Source: an uncultured Candidatus Saccharibacteria bacterium
Lineage (GTDB): Bacteria > Patescibacteriota > Minisyncoccia > Phycocordibacterales > UBA9973
DNA: 64,000 nt
Reading direction: 5' to 3'
Assembly (NCBI GenBank): GCA_964610995.1
Contig: CAZSWF010000002.1
Coordinates: 6,338 to 70,337 of the forward strand
Shown: positions 58,999-64,000 of the stretch, one piece after another
Position numbering within the stretch: the first letter of the stretch is position 1
Layout: each line of letters starts with the position of its first letter
Translations under genes and position numbers: made by a program
The notes under the pieces: model-generated
Told to the model about the DNA's origin: nothing
Seen by the model: the letters and a program-made list of their open reading frames with translations, nothing else
The model's database searches: none

Positions 58999-59199
58999 TG
59001 TTTTAGGTTTGTGACACATCCGCTTTTTGCGGACTCATCGGTGAAAAAATGTATTAAAGAACTGATAGTATTATAGCACCATTTCGTTATATAGTCAATA
59101 AACCCTTATTCCCCTATGCCGAGAGCAAAAAGCCGCGTGTAGCACCGCAGCTCTCCGCTGATAACCGTATTCTTTTGTTGAGGTTGAGATAGTAAAATC

Positions 59200-60546
59200 C
59201 TAGAAATTAGTAAGTAGTGATAAAATCCTTTTCTGTACCTCACTACTTGGAATGGTGGACTCATGGTAACAGTCGTCCTTTTCCGAGAACACAACAAAGT
59301 CCGTACCATCGAATGTATTGATTGGTATCCAAAAAAACCTATCAACAGGGTCGTGACGGTCAATGGCGACACTCACACCAAGAATATAGTCATAATTTTT
59401 CATGTACCCTTTGATGGTGAAGCACCAGTTTGCAACGCCGTCCACTGTGAAGCGTGCCCCAATCGCCATCGGCAGTTTCCTGACTGCCATGTCAGCGTCG
59501 TCAATTTCCATGCCGTTACTCATAAGAAGAGCAGAGATTTCCGTCTGAAGACCACGTCTTGCTTTTCGCACAGCGTATGCACCCTTTTGCCATTTGGTGG
59601 GCATGAGCCAATACAAGCGGTCTTGGGCAGCGTTGAACATCTCCGAAGAAACGATACCTTCAAATGCGTTCGGTTGGATGACCCACTCACTTCGCGGATT
59701 GCGACGGTGCTTCTGTTTCAATCGACCCCATGTCTTGTTGTAGATACGGGTACCAGTGTATATCTCGTTCGTGAGGACATGGAGTACACCAATAGACTTC
59801 CATGTTTTGCCCTGTGCAGTGAGAACGCCCCGTGCGTTCAGTATCTCTGCGATTGTCTGGGGTGACTCCCATTTCTCCACTAACAGCTCGTACATTTCTT
59901 TGACTACCTCACTCGTCCCGTCATCGGCAGGGGCGAAGGTGACACGCTCATTTGAGATTGATTTCCACTCTCCCTTTTTGAGCTTTCGCAACGGCTTCTT
60001 GTCTACGTCGAGGAGCATACGTGTCATGCCAAACGGAGGTTGACCTCCTGCTGAAAACCCTTGCTCGGATACTTTGACACAGCCATGGAACACCTTGCCA
60101 CTCAACTGACGAGAGTATTCAGCAGCCATATAGCGACCAATGGATGTCTGAAGTGTAGAAATGAGCTGTTCATCTTCTTTGGGAAATCCCTGCGAGACGT
60201 ACACGACTTTCTTCCCATTCTGCTTACAAGTGTATTCGTAGTGAGCAGCCTCGTTCTGGTCCTGAAATCGTCCCCAACGGGATACATCGTAGACAAAGAC
60301 ATAATCGAAGGCAGGAGCAAAAGGGTTCTTAATCCAATCATCAAACAGACGTTGAAAAGCAGGTCGGTCCGCCGATAACCCACTTTCTCCCTCATCAGCT
60401 TCCTCATGGATGATTTCGATGTTATGCGTCTTTGCAAATGCTTGCGTATGTCCCTGCTGAATAGCAACCGAGTTCTCTTGCTTGTCCTTTGCGGAGTGAC
60501 GATAGTACGCCACGCCTGTCTTGCGTATCGGTTCTGATATAGACAT
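59200..60546 (-). CDS. large serine recombinase
   Basis: AYYRHSA..QENS...Q, D.GESG...DRP.F, DVSRWGRF, G...GG..PFG, L.N..YTG. Confidence 0.92.
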   Translation of the reverse strand: MSISEPIRKTGVAYYRHSAKDKQENSVAIQQGHTQAFAKTHNIEIIHEEADEGESGLSADRPAFQRLFDDWIKNPFAPAFDYVFVYDVSRWGRFQDQNEAAHYEYTCKQNGKKVVYVSQGFPKEDEQLISTLQTSIGRYMAAEYSRQLSGKVFHGCVKVSEQGFSAGGQPPFGMTRMLLDVDKKPLRKLKKGEWKSISNERVTFAPADDGTSEVVKEMYELLVEKWESPQTIAEILNARGVLTAQGKTWKSIGVLHVLTNEIYTGTRIYNKTWGRLKQKHRRNPRSEWVIQPNAFEGIVSSEMFNAAQDRLYWLMPTKWQKGAYAVRKARRGLQTEISALLMSNGMEIDDADMAVRKLPMAIGARFTVDGVANWCFTIKGYMKNYDYILGVSVAIDRHDPVDRFFWIPINTFDGTDFVVFSEKDDCYHESTIPSSEVQKRILSLLTNF

Positions 60547-60548
60547 GG

Positions 60549-61424
60549 CTAGACAATTTTAATCGTCTTTCTAATAAGAGCTTGAAGTTGAACGAGAGAT
60601 GCTTTTTCGTTCTTCGTGAAAGATGTGCCATTCTCTTTCTTTTTCGTAATCTTCTTGATGAGGTCGCCGCACATGAGGGCAAATCCCGTCTGGCGTGTCC
60701 GTAGCTCAAGCTCATTTGCAGTCATGGGTATTTTTATCAAGAACTCATGGAGCTCGTCCTCATTGATTGTCGCCTGCATAAATACCTTACCAATCTTTCG
60801 TATGTCGAGTGACTTGGTGATGACCTTTTTCTCAATTTTTGCAAATATAATCGAAATAATATCGTCGACCTCGAGTTTTTTGATTTTCTGAAGTTTCTTA
60901 AACAGGTTGAGCATTGCCATACGAACACTCCTTGGTACGTCGTAACGCTCCATCATTGTCAAGTTCGATATTCTTTGTTTTCGCATCTGCATGGCAAGCT
61001 GGACCGATGACCTACTCATACCGAGATAATCTGCAAGCTCGTGATTACTCTTGAACCCATAGGAGTACTTGATACGCTCCAGAGCTTCAGATTTTTCTAA
61101 CGGGTTCCATGCACGACGATTATTCTGCATTTCATATCGTCGTGTCTCAAACTCACCGTCCGTCATCTTGGGGTAGATACGACACGGCACATGTTTCATT
61201 CCTAACTTCTGGGCACAAATAAATCGACGATGACCGTCGATTATGATGTAACGTTTTTCCGCTATCTGACTTACTTTGATTGGCTCTTCAATGCCATAGT
61301 TTTTAATCGACAGTTTGAGCTTGTTCTTCTCGGCTTCGACTCCGAAGTCTTGTCTCGGTTGATTTTGGTCTCGCTGAACTTGTCCAATAGGTAACTCTGC
61401 AAATATGAACTTTGGTTTTAGCAT
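60549..61424 (-). CDS. ParB/RepB/Spo0J-family protein
   Basis: QPRQ.F, L..SI...GI..PI.V, IIDGHRR, then HTH (ELA..LGMSRS.V). Confidence 0.88.
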   Translation of the reverse strand: MLKPKFIFAELPIGQVQRDQNQPRQDFGVEAEKNKLKLSIKNYGIEEPIKVSQIAEKRYIIIDGHRRFICAQKLGMKHVPCRIYPKMTDGEFETRRYEMQNNRRAWNPLEKSEALERIKYSYGFKSNHELADYLGMSRSSVQLAMQMRKQRISNLTMMERYDVPRSVRMAMLNLFKKLQKIKKLEVDDIISIIFAKIEKKVITKSLDIRKIGKVFMQATINEDELHEFLIKIPMTANELELRTRQTGFALMCGDLIKKITKKKENGTSFTKNEKASLVQLQALIRKTIKIV

Positions 61425-61643
61425 ACACTTTTACTTTTTTGTGTTATTTAATAATTCCGAAGAAAGAAGTTCCGTGCAAAAGACGGGACCGCGGTCAACG
61501 GATATATTAAGTAGCCCTCTCCGTGTTTTAGAGATAGTGTCTTTTTTCAAAATATATTCATATTAACATTTTGCCCCACTGTGCTCATCACTATATCTAT
61601 GAGTTTTCTGACATCGTAGCAACCCTGTTATCAGGTTTATTTC

Positions 61644-62153
61644 TTATTGATTTCGGAACTTTTTCTGTAATCGAATAAGTGTCTTGTTAATTCCTACTGC
61701 CGCAATCCATGAAATAATCCCTGCAAACAAAATATCAATCAGGAAATCCCGAACGAGCATGAGGACTGGAGCTTCTGATGAGTTAAAAGTTGCAGGCCAT
61801 ACCCATGTATAGCTATTAGCAGTAGCCACTGTTTCTGATAATACATATCCTAGTGCAATGTTTATTCCAACAATCATGAGTACGAGTGAAAGGGTGTATG
61901 CGAGCAATTTTGCCATCCGTGCGGACATCTTTGTAAGAGTGGACAGAACATTCAGAGCACTGGTGTAGGTGAAGACTCCAAGGGCCCCAACGACAGCAAC
62001 CATGAACACGATGTGTCCCTGACTGAAGTAAGTGTGACTAGGAACGTTCAAGGTATAGCCGAGCACCTTGAAAAATGGAGGGATTGTTTTTGCAAGAGCG
62101 AGTGCAGGTAAGAGTAACAGGATAAATATATCGAAGGTTTCTATTTTTTTCAT
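61644..62153 (-). CDS. four-TM membrane protein
   Basis: 169-aa hydrophobic ORF, 8 nt downstream of the helicase. Confidence 0.65.
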   Translation of the reverse strand: MKKIETFDIFILLLLPALALAKTIPPFFKVLGYTLNVPSHTYFSQGHIVFMVAVVGALGVFTYTSALNVLSTLTKMSARMAKLLAYTLSLVLMIVGINIALGYVLSETVATANSYTWVWPATFNSSEAPVLMLVRDFLIDILFAGIISWIAAVGINKTLIRLQKKFRNQ

Positions 62154-62161
62154 GATAATTT

Positions 62162-64000
62162 TTATATAGTGGTTAAAGTTTTAATCGTTTCAAAAAGTTC
62201 TCTTTGACGCTCTTGTAGATGAGCATCAAAGATGACTTTATACTCAAAATCCTTGTTTATTTTTTGAAAATCAAGGAAACCAAGTTCTTTGGCGTACACG
62301 TCGTTGAAGAGTGATGTGACGGTTCCGTCATAGCGTTTCTTATTTGCCTCGTATTCCGTCTTTTCGGACCCTGATTTCACTTCCAGCACCAAGAACCTTC
62401 CTTTGTCAGTTTCTATGAGGAAGTCTGGGAAGTATTTTGATATACGTTGTTCTGTGGGGTTCCAGTACTCAACATAGAAATCGTTGTGAGCATCAGTGGT
62501 GACACCTCCAGTGAAGTAGACATCCTTAATAGTTTCGTTGGTTGTCAGAAATTGGCGGAATTGTCGGAAAAGGTCCCGTTCGTCACTACTGTCGAAGTTG
62601 TAGGGGTTGATATGAAAACCGAGGCGACTTGTTGCTCCGTCCGTCTCTTCTTTTTCCTTGAAGATGACGAGTGCTTTTTTACCTTCCTCCTTGCTCATTT
62701 TGAAGGGATACTCCTTGGTGAGCTCGATTTCTTCCTCTGTTGTTGTCTCGGTCTCCGTATACTGATAAACAGTTTCAAGAACAGTTTGAATGATGAATGG
62801 GAGGAACCCCACACTCGTATTCACTTTATCTACTAACTCACTCCTAGATAATCCGATATTTTCCGATAATTTACTTACCGAAAGGCATGGCAAATGGGTA
62901 TAGCGGTTTATGAGCTCAACGATTTCATAGTAGGTATATGAATTGGTCTCTTTGATTTTCTTTGAGCCGAGCGTGTCGTGCTTGAGGATTGCCTTGCCAG
63001 AACCATCTATGACAAGCTCCGAGCCCAAGAGATAGTGCTCGTACTTTTCGGCCTTGTACTTCTTAATATCAATCTTAATGTCGCTCGTGTCTCGGGCTTG
63101 GGTTGACACGATGTCTCGGATGAGCTTTTTGACAGTGATAGTCTTTTTCTTTTCAACCTTAATTTCAAACTCAAAGCTCTCTTGTTCTTGGTTGTTGATG
63201 TCTTGGATACTTGAGGCAAAGTTGTTCTTGAGTTCTTTGTCGAGGACCTTGTAGTTCTCTTTGGAGAGGAAGATATGGGCTCGTGTTGAATTATCTCCAA
63301 TGGACCGCATGCAGCGTGTGGACGCTTGGAGCACGAAGATTGAGCTCGATGGCTTGCGGTACAGTGCACACGCGACCAGCGAGCGACAGTTCCACCCTTC
63401 CGTACCCTTACCAACAAGAAGCACGAACTGCTTGGTGCTATCTATCGTATCGAGCGTTCGAAACTCATCCTTGTTATCTTCGGCTTCTGTATGGTACTCA
63501 AGGACCTTATCGAGCGATATATTCATCTCCGCAAGCACTCGCTCAATGCGTGGTTTGAGTTCGTTTCGCAAATTATCAATACTTGGAGCATAGAACGCCA
63601 TTTTGGGCAGACGACCTTCTAGGCGGTTTTCTCCGTACTCGGACCAGAATGTCCCAAGGACTTCTTCAATGAAAACCTCTGAACGAACCTCTCCGAAATC
63701 CAGTATCTTTACCTGTTTCAGAATACCTTTCTCTATGCCTTGTTTGAGCCCGAAATGGTACACAACGTCATCTATCATCCTGTTGTTGATATACGGCGTT
63801 CCTGTGAGGTTTACGACCCCTACGAGAGGTGTATTGCCGTGCAAATAGTCAATCGTCTGACGCGTCTTCTTCAAAGCACCTTCGAGATTGACTCCGTACG
63901 AGTGATGGGCTTCATCAACAAATATGACGAGGTTGTTGAGCTCACGGATTGCTCGGAGGCGTGCGTTCTCTACCTCACGCTTGGCAAGCTCACTCTTATC
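62162..64000 (-). CDS. type III restriction enzyme Res-like DEAH helicase-nuclease (5' end outside the window)
   Basis: FVDEAHH near 63900-63922, LTGTP, EGWN, Q..R..R, C-terminal YFPDFLI...LEVK. Confidence 0.82.
   Translation of the reverse strand, partial: DKSELAKREVENARLRAIRELNNLVIFVDEAHHSYGVNLEGALKKTRQTIDYLHGNTPLVGVVNLTGTPYINNRMIDDVVYHFGLKQGIEKGILKQVKILDFGEVRSEVFIEEVLGTFWSEYGENRLEGRLPKMAFYAPSIDNLRNELKPRIERVLAEMNISLDKVLEYHTEAEDNKDEFRTLDTIDSTKQFVLLVGKGTEGWNCRSLVACALYRKPSSSIFVLQASTRCMRSIGDNSTRAHIFLSKENYKVLDKELKNNFASSIQDINNQEQESFEFEIKVEKKKTITVKKLIRDIVSTQARDTSDIKIDIKKYKAEKYEHYLLGSELVIDGSGKAILKHDTLGSKKIKETNSYTYYEIVELINRYTHLPCLSVSKLSENIGLSRSELVDKVNTSVGFLPFIIQTVLETVYQYTETETTTEEEIELTKEYPFKMSKEEGKKALVIFKEKEETDGATSRLGFHINPYNFDSSDERDLFRQFRQFLTTNETIKDVYFTGGVTTDAHNDFYVEYWNPTEQRISKYFPDFLIETDKGRFLVLEVKSGSEKTEYEANKKRYDGTVTSLFNDVYAKELGFLDFQKINKDFEYKVIFDAHLQERQRELFETIKTLTTI

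Larger units (their letters stand above)
52510..64000. mobile_element. accessory genomic island (recombinase scars, AT-rich cargo, DGR, serine recombinase, ParB, type III restriction-like gene); extends past the window
   Basis: abrupt loss of core genes and composition shift at about 52510; mobility and defence-type genes. Confidence 0.7.

Noticed and set aside
61577-61586. CACTGTGCTC also present just downstream of the VR on the minus strand
   Set aside because: A 10-bp match is compatible with chance in 64 kb; no adjoining VR-like sequence.
1-64000. CRISPR array, rRNA or prophage structural module
   Set aside because: No regularly spaced repeats, rRNA-like tracts, or capsid/terminase/tail genes seen.
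1-64000. Alternative genetic code (TGA=Gly, as in Gracilibacteria)
   Set aside because: Conserved genes such as scpA, scpB and rsmH end properly at TGA, and core ORFs are uninterrupted under code 11.

Overview
Chromosomal segment of a small-genome Patescibacteria/CPR (Parcubacteria-like) bacterium, inferred from gene content, leaderless promoters and split transketolase; TGA acts as stop (code 11). Bases 1-52500 are mostly core genes: aspS; scpAB-mraY-ftsW-murG; lexA; ribosomal and translation genes; a pentose-phosphate/glycolysis cluster; gatB, obgE, rmuC; the mraZ-rsmH-ftsL-ftsI and pbp2 clusters; tRNA-Ile(GAT) and tRNA-Glu(CTC). AT-rich single-gene ORFan cassettes are interspersed, including a two-domain arginine kinase. 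From about 52510 to the end is an accessory island with serine-recombinase remnants, AT-rich cargo, a complete diversity-generating retroelement (DGR), a serine recombinase plus ParB, and a type III restriction-like helicase. The DGR has a 124-bp TR/VR pair with 18 mismatches, all at TR adenines. Its architecture is unusual: avd is inverted, lies between TR and RT, and meets RT head-to-head across a C9/G9 tract. Adding one base to that tract puts an ATG in frame for both genes, a candidate on/off switch. Other novel signals are a 53-nt structured repeat with compensatory changes in two distant intergenic palindromes, ten ORFan promoters sharing TTGACN-N16-TANNNT, and an unannotated Com-like zinc-finger ORF. 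Protein calls come from motif recognition only; no database searches were run.
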